Counted from the first letter of the stretch, positions 28,415-43,136 are shown. The stretch is 64,000 bases of DNA from the human T2T-CHM13v2.0 reference genome, Homo sapiens (GCF_009914755.1 NC_060937.1), one strand, 5' to 3'. Program-made: numbers and translations. The notes: generated by a model from the letters alone, not told the origin.

Positions 28415-29576
28415 AAGACACCCGTCAGATTGGACCAGGGCCAAACCACCGTCACCACCTCATTTTAATTTAGTGACCACTTCTAAGGCCTTACCTGCAA
28501 ATACAGTCACATTCTGAGGAGCTAGGGGTTAGGGCTTCAACACATGAAGCTTTGGGGGACACAGTCCAGCCCATCAGAGTGGCTTCCTTGTTTTCTGAGT
28601 GAGAAGAACCTCAGACAAACAGGAAGGGGAAATGCTGCCTGACTTAGACCATCACATTTACCTGACACTGTTTGCAGTTTCCCCTCTGTCCACCAGGAGG
28701 CAAACTTCTAAAGTGCTTATTTGAAAATTCTTGGTCCCTGGGGCTGTTTTTATGAGCCTTGATTTTTAACCCTTTATAGCCTAAGCAGTTTCACTAAATA
28801 AACAATTGTTGGAAATAGAGAACACTGTGCTGTTCAGTAACATCACTTATTATCAGCTCAAGTCTCAACAGGTCATTCTTCCCTTTCTTTGAAAGTTCAG
28901 GCTCATAGACTAATAGTTTTCCATTACTGGATTTGAATATCTCAACAACTTCAAAGTCAGTTGTATGAAAAAAGCAAGTCTTTGCTCCTATTTTTTTTTA
29001 TCATAACTCATACAAGTTTAGTTTCATTACATCTTCTAAGTACCTTATGAGATAGTTAAAGAGGTATCATGCAAGAGTGGAGAGAAAATGAATTTTGAAG
29101 TCAGAGGGCTTGAATTTATTTATTCAATCATTCATCCAATCAACAAACATTTGTTGTTGCCAACCAGGGAATGAGCTGGGTGCTGGATTCAAGTCCTCAT
29201 TCTGCCACTTGGCAGATATTGCTACCATGAGCACGTGAAACTCTCATATTTCTGCTTCCTTGTTTGTAAAAGGGGAATAAAGCTGAACTTAAAGGACCGT
29301 TTTAGGACTTGATGTGGTCAGGTGCTCGGAAAGGTTTGGAAAACTTCAGTGTGCAAAGCCTGTCCATCGTTACATATGTGCCGTGGTTAGCCTCCACTTT
29401 GGAGAGCAGTTTAAGTGCCGTGTCCAGGGCCTGCCTGCTTCTGAACCTCTGTACTATGTATACGGGTGGGCAGGGTGGGAGCAGGAGGTAACTTATCTCA
29501 AATATTCTAATTGATCATCTCTGGGGTAGTGTCCGGGAACACCCACCTGCTAATACGTTCACCAGAGCACCACAGC

Positions 29577-29800
29577 TTCATCCAGGGTGGCACTCCTCAC
29601 CGCAGCACTGCTGATATTGGGGCTTGACGGTTCTTGGTTGTAGGGCCACCCTGTGCATTGCAGGGTGCTGACAGGCATCCCTAGCCCCCACCCAGTAGAT
29701 GCCGGCTGCACACCTCCCCACTTAGCGAGAACAAACATGTCTCTAGACATTGTCAAATATCTCTTGGGGGACAAAATCGCTCCCAGCTTGAGGACTACTG
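29577..29800. mobile_element. MER20 hAT-Charlie MITE
   Basis: CCTGTGCATTGCAGG...TGTCTCTAGACATTGTCAAATATCTCTTGGGGGACAAAATCGC...TTGAGGACTACTG. Confidence 0.85.
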
Positions 29801-29978
29801 AGCTACATAGATTAGATTGGTCACATTGTTGCCATCAAGCAGACCCACAATTCCAGCCCTGTACCCTCTCCTGGGTCCAGCACCCTCAGTCCAGCCCTCC
29901 TGACTGGTCTACACTGTCTGCACCCTCATTTTTAACCCATTAGAAACTCACTTAGCTTTACTTAGAAAAACTAAAATC

Positions 29979-30404
29979 AGCAACTTTCTATGTAAACTAA
30001 TAAAATATTTTCAATTAGTGCAGAAAACGAAGGCTCTTAAGGCTGAGGTCATTGCAAATAAGATGCCAATACTTTAGAAGGCAGCAGTGAGAGTTCCTGG
30101 AGTCTCCTCAGGCTGAGATCACTGTGGTGAAGGGTCCCTAGCAGGCCTCAGCAGGGCTCAGGTCCCTGGCTGTCCACCTCACCTCAGGCAGCTGGTCTGT
30201 GTTCTCTCTGCTCCTTCTCAAGTGCTGGTGAGGTCTGAGGGTCTGGGCCTTCGAAAAGTGCTGCTTTTCCTGAGTCTGGCTCAAGCCTCAGAGCTTGCAA
30301 AACCCATACTGGGAGTGAGAGCCTCTCCCCTCCCGTGACACCCTCTGCTCCCTCCCACTGGGGCACAGTATGGATGATCACACGTGGGTTTCTGCACGCT
30401 CCTC
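29979..30404 (+). repeat. Left arm of a ~430-bp inverted duplication
   Basis: Reverse complement aligns to 31746-32199 at ~90% identity (by eye). Confidence 0.97.
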
Positions 30405-30798
30405 CTTCATTGGGTGAATACCATGTACCAGTCATGCTTGACATAGATGAGCCCCGTGAACAGGTGTGCGTCCCCTCAGAGGGGGGTGTCATGATGAATT
30501 CTGGTTTATGAATGAGGAGCAGGCGTTCAGGCACCTGTGCCCGTGGTCACAGGTGAGTCCCGATCTGCCTCTGGACTCATTGCTTCAGCATCTCTGCACC
30601 CACTGGGCAGTTAATGACACCTGCCTGGTCAGCCACCTTGTGTGATCTACCTGATCCAATGACAGGCTCCATAGGGCAGGAGCCATGGTCTAGAAGGCTG
30701 CGAGTATCTGCCAAGGCACTGATGATGTATGTAGCCCCGTGGATTGACTTAGTGGTTTCTCTCCTCTCTGCTGGGAAGGTATGTACTTTGCCTCTTGA

Positions 30799-31130
<332 letters not shown>

Positions 31131-31745
31131 TCATCAGGGAACTAGGGACTTAGTGTCTTTGTGCCTGCTCATGGAAAGGGCTGTTATTAATGTCACAATC
31201 ATGCAGTCACATCTATGGAGATGACCCTTCTCCTGGGAAAGCCATGGAAGTCTTTGTTTGTCAGGAACCTGTGTGGCTTTCTTACTGTTTAGTGGACAAA
31301 ATGGAAGCAGCACTTAAAATCTCATGCTGGAGATTTCATCCCTCTATTGTTTGGGATACAGAGAGTCTGTGTAACACACACATATCAAGAGGGAAGCTGG
31401 GCACCAGTCAGAATTGACGACGGGCCAGAAATCAGCAGGCTGAAGAGAAAACAAATATGGCTTCAATGAAAAACAGAAAGAACTGAGAATCAGATGCGAA
31501 AGCGCTGAAACCAGCACAGTGTGCGGTACTGTGGCGGCTAAAGGGGATGGGAAACGGGTCACAGGCCTCAGGGTTTCCCCCTGTACAATGGACACACTGC
31601 TATTGCCAACTGAGTGAGCTAGCTTTTGTAAGTAGCTTGAAATATTCATACCTAAACGTTATTTCTGTCCTCTGTCATCTGTCTTTTCGCTGTTACTCTT
31701 TTCTGGAGCCCAAAAGGGCCTTTTACCTTGTTTGTGCCCCAAAAC

Positions 31746-32199
31746 GAGGAGTGTGCAGAAACCCACATGTGATCATCCATCCTGTGCCACAGTGGGAGGG
31801 AGCAGGGGATGTCACGGGAGGGGGAGAGGCTCTCACTCCCAGCATGAGTCTCACGCGCTCTGAGGCTTGAGCCAGACTCAGGAAAGGCAGCACTTTTCAA
31901 AGGCCAGGGCCCTCAGACCTCACCAGCACTTCAGAAGGAACAGAGAGAACAGGGACCGGCTGCCCGAGGCAAGGTGGACAGTCGGCGACCTGGGCCCTGC
32001 CGAGGCCTGCTAGGGACCCTTCACCACAGTGACCTCTGCCTGAGGAGACTCCAGGAACCCCCACTGCTGGCTTCTAAAGTATTGGCATCTTATTTGCAGT
32101 GACCTTCCATGTGTGTTGCCTGCCCGGGTTAATAGCCTTAAGAGCCTTCGTTTTCTGCACTGTTTAAAAATATTTTATTAATTTACATAGAAAGTTGCT
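31746..32199 (-). repeat. Right arm of the ~430-bp inverted duplication (with ~28 extra nt)
   Basis: For example GCCTTAAGAGCCTTCGTTTTCTGCACT is the exact reverse complement of AGTGCAGAAAACGAAGGCTCTTAAGGC at ~30017-30043. Confidence 0.97.
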
Positions 32200-35100
32200 T
32201 ACTTTACTCAGCTTTCTAATTCTTTAAGATCTGAGGCCTCTAGTTTACAACTTGATCCATTTTTAACCACCTTAATTTCCTTCCTGTTGTTGTCTAGAAT
32301 TTTTCCCTTAACGTTTTGTCTTCTATCTTTAAAATTTTCCTCATTCCTTTTAGTGTGACTTATAAATCATTTTAGTTTCCTGAAGCTGACACCCTTTTAT
32401 CATCCACATCTTAATTTTTACTTACCTGAATACATTTATTCGTAAAAACAAATTACTACCCTTTTATATCTCCTTCTCACATTTTGTTCGTCTTAATCTC
32501 TTTACTTGTTGCTGTTCCTTTTAGTTTCTTAGTTGGGTTAATATCTGCTTTCTTTTTTGGCTCTGGCGTGTAAGAGACAGGCAAGATGTGTGTGTCCCAG
32601 ACGAGAGGATGGGGAGGGAGTGCAGGCTGGGAGTGCGGGCCAGGGACAGGGATCTCTAGCTGCAGCCAACTGTGCTCTGGCTCTGCTTTACACAGCTTCC
32701 ATCCTCTTAGCCACAATCTCAATCTATGAGGACCGAGGTGCTGGTGCTCCTCCCCAGCGTGGTGACTATTAACCAGGGCAGGCGGCACACTTGAATTCAT
32801 TCATTTAACAGATACCTGGTGCCACTGTGGGAACAAGGTGCCTCCCTCCCTGGCTTGTTCTGGTGGTGGCCAGACAAAAGCAAGCTTCCAGAGGTGATGG
32901 GAACCAGAAAGGACATTTAATAAAATTTAATAAAACATGAGACACAGGCCAAAGAGAGATGAAGTGAATAGCAGGAGGTTAGTGGACTTAGCAGAGAAGG
33001 TGGCAGAGCCCTGATCCTGATTTCTCTCTGTCTAAAGATAGGCAGAGTCCCTTCTGCATCAGCTGATGATGCCTGGGGACAGAGAACCAGGGAAGGTCTG
33101 AGGCAGGAGGCCTCAAGGACTTTGCAAGGAGCTTTGCTCTTTGTGCTTCTATGATGAACACTCATAACCATTTATTTCCCTTTGCTCTTCTGTTGTTTGT
33201 CTGTTTGGATCCATGGGACTTCTGGAAATAAAAATTGTTGGAAAATTCCATTTAGAAAGAATGACCAGAATGGTATTGGTGTGCCACTTGTATACTAACC
33301 ACTTCCCCTTGTCAGGCACGAAAACATGAAAATCACATACAAACAAGCACAAGAAAGGGTCTATGCCACCTGGAGTGATCGGACAGTGGGGAGGCCGTGG
33401 ACGGCCCCTGCTTCCTCAGGATGAGAGGTGGGCCACATTCTGCCCTCTCCTCTCATGCGGAGGTCAGTGCAGCGATCCTGCAAGAACAGGAAGGGACACG
33501 AGACCACACGAGGTTGGAGCAGCCATAAAGCAGAAAACCTCTCTCTCTTTGTGAGCACGTGTTGTAGGGTGGTTAGCCTAGAGAGGTAAGCCCCAAGAGT
33601 GTCATAACTATTCAGCAAGCTTCGTGGATCGGTGAGCATCCTTGGCCATCCCAGGAGTCTCCCTCCACCTGCAGGACCTCTGGCGCCTTAGCTGGGCAGG
33701 AATGTGTTTCCGGAAGTCCACCTTCAGATCCTTGGTTGGAGCTACAAAGCCAAGCAAGGGTCTGTCTACACGATGGCCCCAATGGGCAAACAAGGCAAGA
33801 TGTCCCCCAAGTGGGCAAGGCCTGCCACAACCTGGGAAGCCAGCCAGCCGCTGGAATCTAGCCCGATCCCCTTCTTCAGCAAAAAAGTCAGACAAGGCTG
33901 GCCAGGCCAGCAGGCGACTCCAGGCGTGGGCTGGGAGGGAACAGGCTTGTCAGAGGGGGAAGGTCAGAAGACAAGCAGGGAGCAGTGATGACAGGCCCCC
34001 GTAAACCGCACAGGCGGCCCAGCTCCTTCCAGGGCCCAGGACAGAACTGATGAGGGCGACGCTCCACCCGGACCTCCATGCAGTGCCTCTGGTTTGACTT
34101 TAGGAAGAGAACGAGGGCTAAGTCTCCTGTGAGGTCTCCAGGGAAGGAGGCCATATAGAGGATGCAGAGGCAGGGCCCTGAGACCTTTTCTGAAGGGACC
34201 CTGCCTCCTCTCCCTCCTTGCAAGGCCACTAGAGGGTTCTCATGGGGTGGGGTCTTCTGCAGAGGATGGGGGAGAAGTCAGGTGGGACTCTCCCTCTTGC
34301 TTCAGCATTCACACAAATACTGGACCCCGTGGCTGGCCCCTCTGGAATGCTCAGCGCCTTGGAGAAAGGGGCGCCTGCGGCATCTTCCCGTCCTAAGTCT
34401 CACCTCCTCTGGCAAGGGTGTCACACTTCCAGTGGCCTCCCAATCGCCTTTTCTCAATTGGTCCCATTACATCCACATTTAGCTTAAGCGAATTCAACTG
34501 TAGGTGCTCAAAGAAAACTTTAAACGAAAAACAATGTAAATAAAGTGTGTGATTCTGCCAGCCCTTCCCCGCAATAAGCATATGCCCCAGAGAGCGGATC
34601 TGCCAACGTTTGCATCCAATTCTGAGCCTCTCCGAGGTGCGAGCATCTCGCACACCAGTGTTTAGAGTGACAATACATCTTTTTCATACAACATGACCTC
34701 GAAATGCAAGCCAAGCCGATTGCTTCCTCTGGTGCTCAGCCACAGAGACGGCCATCTGTCCCAATGCTGCAGGAAAACTGGCTGCGTTGTGTTTACGAGA
34801 GGCTGTGTTTCAGACACCAGCCTCTGATCTCCCTGGAGAATTGTTTTCTCCCAAGGTAATTTTGGTTAGACTTGATTTTCTCCTTAATGTTGACTTGAGA
34901 ATCTACCTAACTGCTGTCTGAAATGCAACTCCACTCTGGCTCTTTTCCTACTAAGCTGCGAGCTCCTTGAAAGGTGGGCCATGTCTGCTTCATGTTTCCA
35001 ATCCCAGCACATGCCTGGCACACAGTAGACATGGTGCCATGGAGGAATGAAGAGGCCAGAGCCTCCCTGAGGATAGGTTCCTGGCCATTCTCACTCATTT

Positions 35101-35819
35101 CCCTAAGGGTGGGCAGATCGAGATCTCCGAGGATGATTTGATTCCATTTCAGATCGGGATGAAGATGATGCAGCTCCTATCTATCTCTGCTGTTTTCGCC
35201 CACGATACCTTCTCATCTTTCTTTGGAGGGTCCCTGACAATTTTCTTCTGGTGGCCACTGCTGAGCAGCTGACACACACAGGGACTGCTCCATGCTGTCA
35301 ACTCTTGCTTTTCGTAAGAACTTCCCCCTGGCACATAATAGGTAAGTGCTCAATAAACACACATCGAATGTTGAGTGAACAAATGAATAGAGGAATACCT
35401 AGTCTACCAGGTAACTACTCCTTAAGCTCTTTCCCTTTGATTTTCAGGCTCTTGCTAATATACAGCCCACTCTTCCCAGGAACAGCCTTTAGTAGAGTTT
35501 CCTAAGCACAGTGTGTGAATGTTACTTCTGAATTTATTCCTTCATCTCCTGATTTGGGTTCCTCCCAGCAGGGCGAATGGTAACCCTTAGATGGCTACAA
35601 TGATGACACTGTGTTTGCCTCTATTCTATACATCCCATGATGGAAATAATTGTCTCTGTAAATCTGAACACCATGGACCACGATGGCCTCTCCTCCAATT
35701 GATCTGGACCGGAGGGCTTTTTGTCCAAAGCTCTGTCTCCTGGAGATTGTTATGTTAATTTCAATAGAAACCGCTTCATCGGCATCAGGTTCAATTTCAT
35801 GTGACTCAGCTGGCCACCC

Positions 35820-36000
35820 TTTAGTTCCCTAAACTTGGATGCCATTGGAATCACATGGGGAGACCTAACTAGGTCTCGTTCCTGAGACCTAACCTAAGAG
35901 ATCCTGCTTCGATTGGTCTGTGGTAGGGCCCAGGCTTTGGTGTATTGTAAGAGCGCCCCAGGAAATTCTAACAGGTGTCCAGGTTCAAAGAACCATTTCA
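35820..36000. mobile_element. MER5A-like MITE
   Basis: AAACTTGGATGCCATTGGAATCAC...ATTGGTCTGTGGTAGGGCCCAGG...AGAACCATT. Confidence 0.65.
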
Positions 36001-36299
36001 CCTAATCACTTCTCTCTGCCACTCTCTGGAAGATTGGATCACACCTTTCTTCCCTACCTTCCCTTTCCAAATGCTAACTCCCCAAGAGAGGATTGCCCCA
36101 TCCTCCCAGCACCACGTGGACACACCAGCACTTGTACCCAAGTGCTCTGTCCTGGATCCCACCTCAATGCCAGCTTAAGCCTAAGTGGGGCTTCTCTCCC
36201 ACTCTTGATCACTGTCTCTTGCCTGCACCATTCATTTCTCCTTCTGTACTGAATCCCTCTCCAACAGTGCAATAGGACCTCCTGTTTAAAATACTACGT

Positions 36300-36619
<320 letters not shown>

Positions 36620-37062
36620 TCACCACCTCCCTCCAGCCATGCCCCGACTCTCTGCTCCCTTCCATGCCAGTCTCCTCTCTTCTAGGCAGCTGGCTGCACT
36701 CTCACTGTCCACATCCTTGTCTGCCCTTCTGTTTGTCAGCTTTTCATCTCAGTATTGCTCTTGTCAAGGTCACCAGCCCTGACCTCTATCTAGCCACATC
36801 CAACGGTCACTTCTCACCTGCATCTCATAGACCACTGGTGCTGTTTATTCTCTTGGCTTTCAGGTTCCACACTCTCATCTCTCATTTGCCTCATTGGATA
36901 CTGGTCTTAGGCTCTTTTGCTGGATCCTCCTTCTCTTCTTAACCTCTAAACATTTGAAAGCCCTAGGCTCAGTCTTGGCTGTGTTCCCTGCTCTCCTCTA
37001 CCTGCACATGCGTTAGAAGTGCTCCTGCCCAGCCCCAGAGGTTCAACACCGTCTATTTCTGA

Positions 37063-37325
37063 GCTATACAGTATGGCAGCTGCCAGCCACACGTGGCTAC
37101 TGAGCACTTGAAATGAGGCTGGTCCAACTGAGATGTGCTGTCACTGTGAAAACACACCCAATGGTGACAACTTAATATGGGAAGATAATGTAAAATAGTA
37201 ATGTTTTTGTATTAATTACATGCTGAAGTGATAACATTTTCGGCTAAGTAGAATATGTTAAAATTGATGTCTTTCGATTCTTTCTACTTTTTTAAAACAG
37301 GGCTGCTGGAAATTTTTAGATTATC
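37063..37325. mobile_element. MER3/MER33-like MITE
   Basis: GCCACACGTGGCTACTGAGCACTTGAAATG...AACTGAGATGTGCTG. Confidence 0.75.
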
Positions 37326-37393
37326 TCTAGTCTATACGGTGATGACGCCTACATTTTCTAACTCTAGCCTCTGGTCTCTAGGTTTTAGAATGT

Positions 37394-37845
37394 TGTACTA
37401 ATCAGGGTTCTCCAGAGAAACAGAACTAATAGTGTGTGTGCATGTACGTGTGTGTGCGTCCGTGTGTGTGTGTGTGTGTGTGTAGAGGTTTATTCTAGGT
37501 AATTGGTCCATGTGATTATAGGGGTTGGCACATCTGAAATTTGAAGGGCAGGCTGGCAGCCTGCAGACTCAGGAAAGAGGTGATGTTGCTGGAGTCTGGA
37601 GGGAGACTGCTGGCAGAATTCCTTCTTCCATGGGAGACCTCGGTCATTTTCTCTTAAGGCCTTCAACTAATCTGATCGGATAAGGCCCATTCGTTTTACA
37701 GAGGATCATCTAATTTACTCAAAATCTATTGACTTAAATGTTTATCTCATCTTTAAACAATTACCTTCACAGCCACATCCAGATTGGTGTTTGACCAAAT
37801 ATCTGGGCACCGTAACCCAGCCAGGTTGACATGTAAAATTCACAC
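37394..37845 (-). mobile_element. MLT2 (C/D-like) LTR with internal (TG)n
   Basis: TGTACTAATCAGGGTTCTCCAGAGAAACAGAAC start; GTTTGACCAAATATCTGGGCACC...TTGACATGTAAAATTCACA end. Confidence 0.85.
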
Positions 37846-38028
37846 AGGTTCACTTGAGTGTCTAATGGCCACTGCAAACTTCACATGTTCCAAACAGAAC
37901 TCTCTTGCTGTTGCCCCCACAATGGCTCCTCCCCACCTTGGTACGTAATACCCTCATTCACCGAGTTGCTCAGTCCAAGCCCTGGGATCCCCCTGACCAC
38001 TTTCTTCCTTCATCTCTCATATCTTGTC

Positions 38029-38573
38029 TGTATTAGGGTTCTCTAGAGGGACAGGACTAATAGGATAGATGTATATATGAAGGAGGGGTTATTAAGGAGT
38101 GTTGACTCACATGATCACAAGGTGAGGTCCCACAATAGGCCATCTGCAAGCTGAGGAGCAAGGAAGCCAGTCTGAGTCCCAAAACCTAAAAAGTAGAGAA
38201 GCTGACAGTGCAGCCTTCAGTCTGTGGCCAAAGGCCTGAGAGTCCCTGACAAACCACTGGTGTGAGTCCAAGAGTCCAAAAACCGAAGAACCTGGAGTCC
38301 AATGTTCAAGGGCAGGAAGCATCCAGCACAGGAGAAAGATGAAGTCAGGAAGACTCAGCCAGTCTACTCCTTCCACACTTTTCTGCCTGCTTTCATTCTA
38401 GCCGCACCGGCAGCTGATTAGGTAGTGCCGATGCAGATTGAGGGTGGGTCTGCTTCTCCCAGTCCACTGACTCAAATGTTAATCTCCTTTGGCAACACCT
38501 CACAGACACACCCAGGAACAATACTTTGCATCCTTCAATCCAATCAAGTTGACACTCAATACTAACCATTACA
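38029..38573 (-). mobile_element. MLT2A (HERV-L) LTR
   Basis: GGGTTCTCTAGAGGGACAGGACTAATAGG...CCCACAATAGGCCATCTGCAAGCTGAGGAGCAAGG...CAATCAAGTTGACACTCAATACTAACCATTACA. Confidence 0.92.
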
Positions 38574-39000
38574 CCATCCATCAGCAGGTTCTGCCTGCGC
38601 TACTCTCAGCTTAGATTCTGACTCGGACAATGGCACATGGTCCAAGCCGCCATCCTCTCTCACCTATCTGTAATAGTGCTTCCAACTGCCTCCCCGCTTT
38701 CCCCTCCATTTGCAGACACATCTCCACACAGCAGCTGGAATCACCTTTTTAAAACACCAACCTTACCATGTAACTCTTTATCTCAAAATCTTAACGGCTT
38801 GCTATCACACTGAGAATAAAATCAGAAATCTTGACCAAGGCCCACAGCATGCAAAGACCAGCCCTTGCATTGCCAGTTTCTCTGATCTCATGGCCTAACT
38901 CACTCACTCAGATCCAGCCACGCCAGCCTTCTTGAAGTTCCTTGGATGTGTCATTCCCATCTCCAGGCCTTTGTGCCTGTGGCTCACTTACTTGGAGCAC

Positions 39001-39708
39001 TCTTTTTAAAAAATTTTTAATTATTATGGGTACATAATAGGGGTATACACTGACGGGGTCCATGCAATGTTGTGATACAGGCATGTGATGGGTAATAACC
39101 ACAACAGGGCATTTGGGGTGTCCATCACCTCATGCATTTATCATTTCATTGTGTAAGGACAATCCAATTCCACTCTTTCAGTTATTTTTATTGGGTTTTT
39201 TTGTTTTGTTTTGTTTTTGAGATGAGATCTCACTCTGTCACCTAGGCTGGAGTGCAGTGGTACAATCTCAAGTCACTGCAACCTCTGCCTCCAGAGCTCA
39301 AACGATCCTCGTACGTTAGCCTCCTGAGTAGCTGGAACCACAGACATGTGCCACCATGCCTGGCTAATTTTTGCATTTTTATAGTGATGGGGTTTCATCA
39401 TGTTGCCCAGACTGGTCTCAAACTCCTGGACTCAAGCAATCTGCACGCCTCGGCCTCCCAAAATGTTTGTATTATAGGCGTGAGCCACTGTGCTGGGCCT
39501 TTTAGTTATTTTTAGATATGTAATAAATTATTGTTAACTATAGACATGCTGTTGTGATATAAAATATAGATCTTATTCATTCTAACTGTATTTTTGCACC
39601 CATTAACCATCACTCATATGTGGGAACTAAACATGGCAACAATTGAACTCGTGGAGATGGAGAGTAGACTCATGGTCACCAGAGGTGGGGAAGGGCAATA
39701 GGGAGGTA
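39001..39708 (-). mobile_element. 5'-inverted (twin-primed) L1MA insertion, interrupted by a minus-strand Alu (39196-39499)
   Basis: Antisense L1 3'UTR to ~39610, then a sense piece (~39611-39708). TSD GGAGCAC(T/C)CT at 38994 and 39709. Confidence 0.85.
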
Positions 39709-41559
39709 GGAGCACCCTCTCCCCACCATCTTACGTTCATTCCCTCCCTTCCTGTCCTGCTGTACCTGGCTTGGCATCTTGGCGCCTTCCATGAGGGACC
39801 ACCTCCCTTGAGCCTACACATTGCTTCTTGCAGGTCAGCAGGGTGCTGATTTGACTGTGGAAGCCCTTCTCCAGGCCATGCTCTGTCTCTCCAAGGAGAA
39901 AATGCAGAGGTGAGTTTGCTCATCACATACTGCTGGGACCGCTGAGCTCCATCCAGGCCACACTCAAACTCTCTCATCAGTAAAGTGACAGTAACAAGAG
40001 CTTCCATCTCATAGGTTTGTTTGAGGATTGCATGATAATCTTTGCAAAGTGCTGGTATGTAGTAAATATTCAACAAATGCCAGCTAAGATATTGCTGACC
40101 TTATTAGTCACACAGTTAAGGAACTAAGCACCATGTAACGAGAAAGTGGCAGCCTATAATCCGGGTTTGTGATTGTACCAACTTGCCACTGAATAAGAGG
40201 CTAAGGGATAGAGTTATTTATATTTGCAGGAAGGGTGTGTGATCCAGGTTTTAAGAGAGAATCAAGTCTCACACTGGATACAGAGTTAGCAACGGCTACG
40301 AAGAGAGGGTTTGATATTTTTTCCCTTTACTCTGTGTTGGCTTTATTGGGTCTTCCTTTTTTCCAACTCAGCATGTTTGGCCCTCTGGTCCCAGCAAGTG
40401 GCATACTGATTTTAAGGTGAAATTTGTTATCCTGGCAAATTAAGAGTACATTGGGAGAATGAGCTTCTCACTGAAACTGGCACATAAAATGAGAACTGCA
40501 GCCCCAAATCAATGAAAAGATAGAAGGAAGCAACACGCTGCTTTAAATGAGTTTTGGTCTCTAGACGTAGAGGGACTGTAATCGCAGACTGCTAATGGGA
40601 TTTGCAAATGTCGTCTCAGAACCACTATCTGCAATCCTCAAGAAACGTGACATGGGAGGAGTGCCAAAGGACTGGAGATGGATAATATGAGAGGAATTTT
40701 CCAAATGTGGAAGCAATAAGAATATATTGAACACTAGACTGAATTTCACTCAATCTTTCTCTGATGATTCAGAGAACAATTAGAATTATGCATTGCTTCA
40801 AGGTCATTGCACCAAATGAAGCTTATTGCGTACTGTAAATGGGCAGATGTTCACATTAATGCACAAACTGTTAACAGTTAACAGCTTTCTGGGCAACAGG
40901 GCTTGATTTGTTAATAATCTCTGCCAGTTACTGGGCACCCCATGTGCCAGGAGCAATAAGTGTTTTCCTTACGTTTGCTTCTTTCATCCTTTCTGCCACC
41001 CTGGGAGGTTGCATTTTGAGGGCATTGAAACTTAGAGAGAAGGAATCGCCTCCTTCTCCACAGCTATACAGGTGACATGATAAGAGGCAAGACAGCAGCA
41101 CAAATGTTAACTTAATTTAAAGGTAATTGATCTTAACCTCTACTCTGTGCTGCCTAGAAACATCCAGACTGCATTCCATGAGCGAGAGGCCAAAGAGAAG
41201 CCAGGAAAGGAGACAGAAAATAAGCAATCATGAGAACAGGCTCCTGAGAACAGCAATCATGAGGCTCCTGAGACATTCCTCACACATTTCACCTCTAGGG
41301 CACATTTCCCATGTTTTTTCCTGCAGGATAAACACAGTTTTACATGAAAATGGCATGAGCTACTTTAAGTCAAGGTTCAAAATCACGTCATGTGAAGCAG
41401 ATTTGATCTGATGAATGGGAATCTAGGCACGTTCCCTGTTGATGTAGTTATGGTTTCCCGTCCTTACGGCCAATACACATCCTCTGAGACCAGTCTATTA
41501 TTTATGTTTTGTTCATATAAACAACCCCCCAACTTTCCTGTGTTCTGCACTAAATTACT

Positions 41560-41995
41560 TATTTTTTAGTAGCCATGGGCCCTGGTAGGAAGCTAACAAA
41601 ACCCTCAAGTCAGATAATTGAGGGAAGCTTAATGAAGGGGCTATGCACGAAGATCCAGGCAGGGTTGAGGAAAACCAACAGGGTGAGGATGAAGATGCCA
41701 CAGCTCCGCAGCTCACCCGCCCTAGAAGGACCAGGACCAGGAGCAGAATCCAGAGCTTGGAGAGGACAGCTGGAGGCAAGGCTGTCTGCCCTGAGCCAGG
41801 ACCTGAGCCTCCCCAGCAGGGAGTGGGCTGGAGAATCTGTATTCCAGCCTCACTTCCTTCCCACCTGCAGATGCTGGCAGGGCCTCCCAACATAAGTCAC
41901 AGAGCAAGAGAGCCTGATCGTTCCCAGGACACAGAGCAAAGTGGAGGAAGCTGCAAGATGGATCTGGGAGAGTGAAGAGAAGATACCCTAGCACA
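41560..41995 (-). mobile_element. LTR33-like ERVL LTR
   Basis: CCCTCAAGTCAGATAATTGAGGGAAGCTTAATGAAGGGGCTAT...GGCAGGGTTGAGGAAAACCAACAGGG, recognised from memory. Confidence 0.6.
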
Positions 41996-42161
41996 ATCCC
42001 CTACTCCTCCCCCAAAATGAAATTAAAACAATGAAAACAGAAGCAAATGGAAAAAGCAAAGCAATAAAATAAATGAAATTATATATGTGTGTGTATATAT
42101 AAAATACATGTTTTTTAAAAAATCAAAACAAAAAACACCCATCAAGAGGTCACAAACTGGA

Positions 42162-42612
<451 letters not shown>

Positions 42613-42690
42613 TTACATAGAAATCTGGATTTCCTGTGTTTCTTGAACAATCCAAAGATTCAATGGCCCCATAGTGGGAGCTGAGGGCCT

Positions 42691-42705
42691 GCTGCCCTCT
42701 GGAGG
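42691..42705 (-). promoter_or_regulatory. Candidate CTCF site
   Basis: The minus strand reads CCTCCAGAGGGCAGC, a close match to the CTCF core CC(A/T/G)SYAGRKGGCRS. Binding is not shown. Confidence 0.45.
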
Positions 42706-43136
42706 GAAGACAGAGAGCTGCAGCCTCCAGGCACTGTGGCGCCCGCCCCCGCCCTCCCACCCCTACTTGACTGATGTCTGCAAACTGCTGGGCCTGGGTA
42801 GGCAACTTAGACTTACACCGATCCAGAGAGGCCCATGCAACTGAGTAGAAACAGTAATTCTAAGCTCTCTGGTCACCAAAGCAAAGAGGGAAAAGGATAG
42901 GGTTCTTTATATTATAAAAGTAAGAATACCAATTCATCAGAAGAGGAAAGTTTTAATAGTTTCAGTTCTGAAAAATACCCATAGCAGAAAGGCACATCAG
43001 CTCTTTTTCTCCTACAACTTTTGATGCTCACGAGAAGCTCAGCCCAAGGCGGAGAGGAAATGGCTGTAGCAATGAAGACTGCAGAGTTCCTGCTATCAGC
43101 TGCTGCTCAAAACCCCTCAGTGGCTCCCCATTGCCC

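Noticed and set aside
35095-35270. Minus-strand exon-like segment (acceptor TGTGTCAG, donor GA|GTGAGA)
   Set aside because: All three frames contain stops and the splice signals are weak. At most a non-coding exon, which cannot be supported without RNA data.
35596-35810. ~70-codon open minus-strand frame (AESHEIEPDADEAV...)
   Set aside because: No upstream start or acceptor identified and no recognisable homology.
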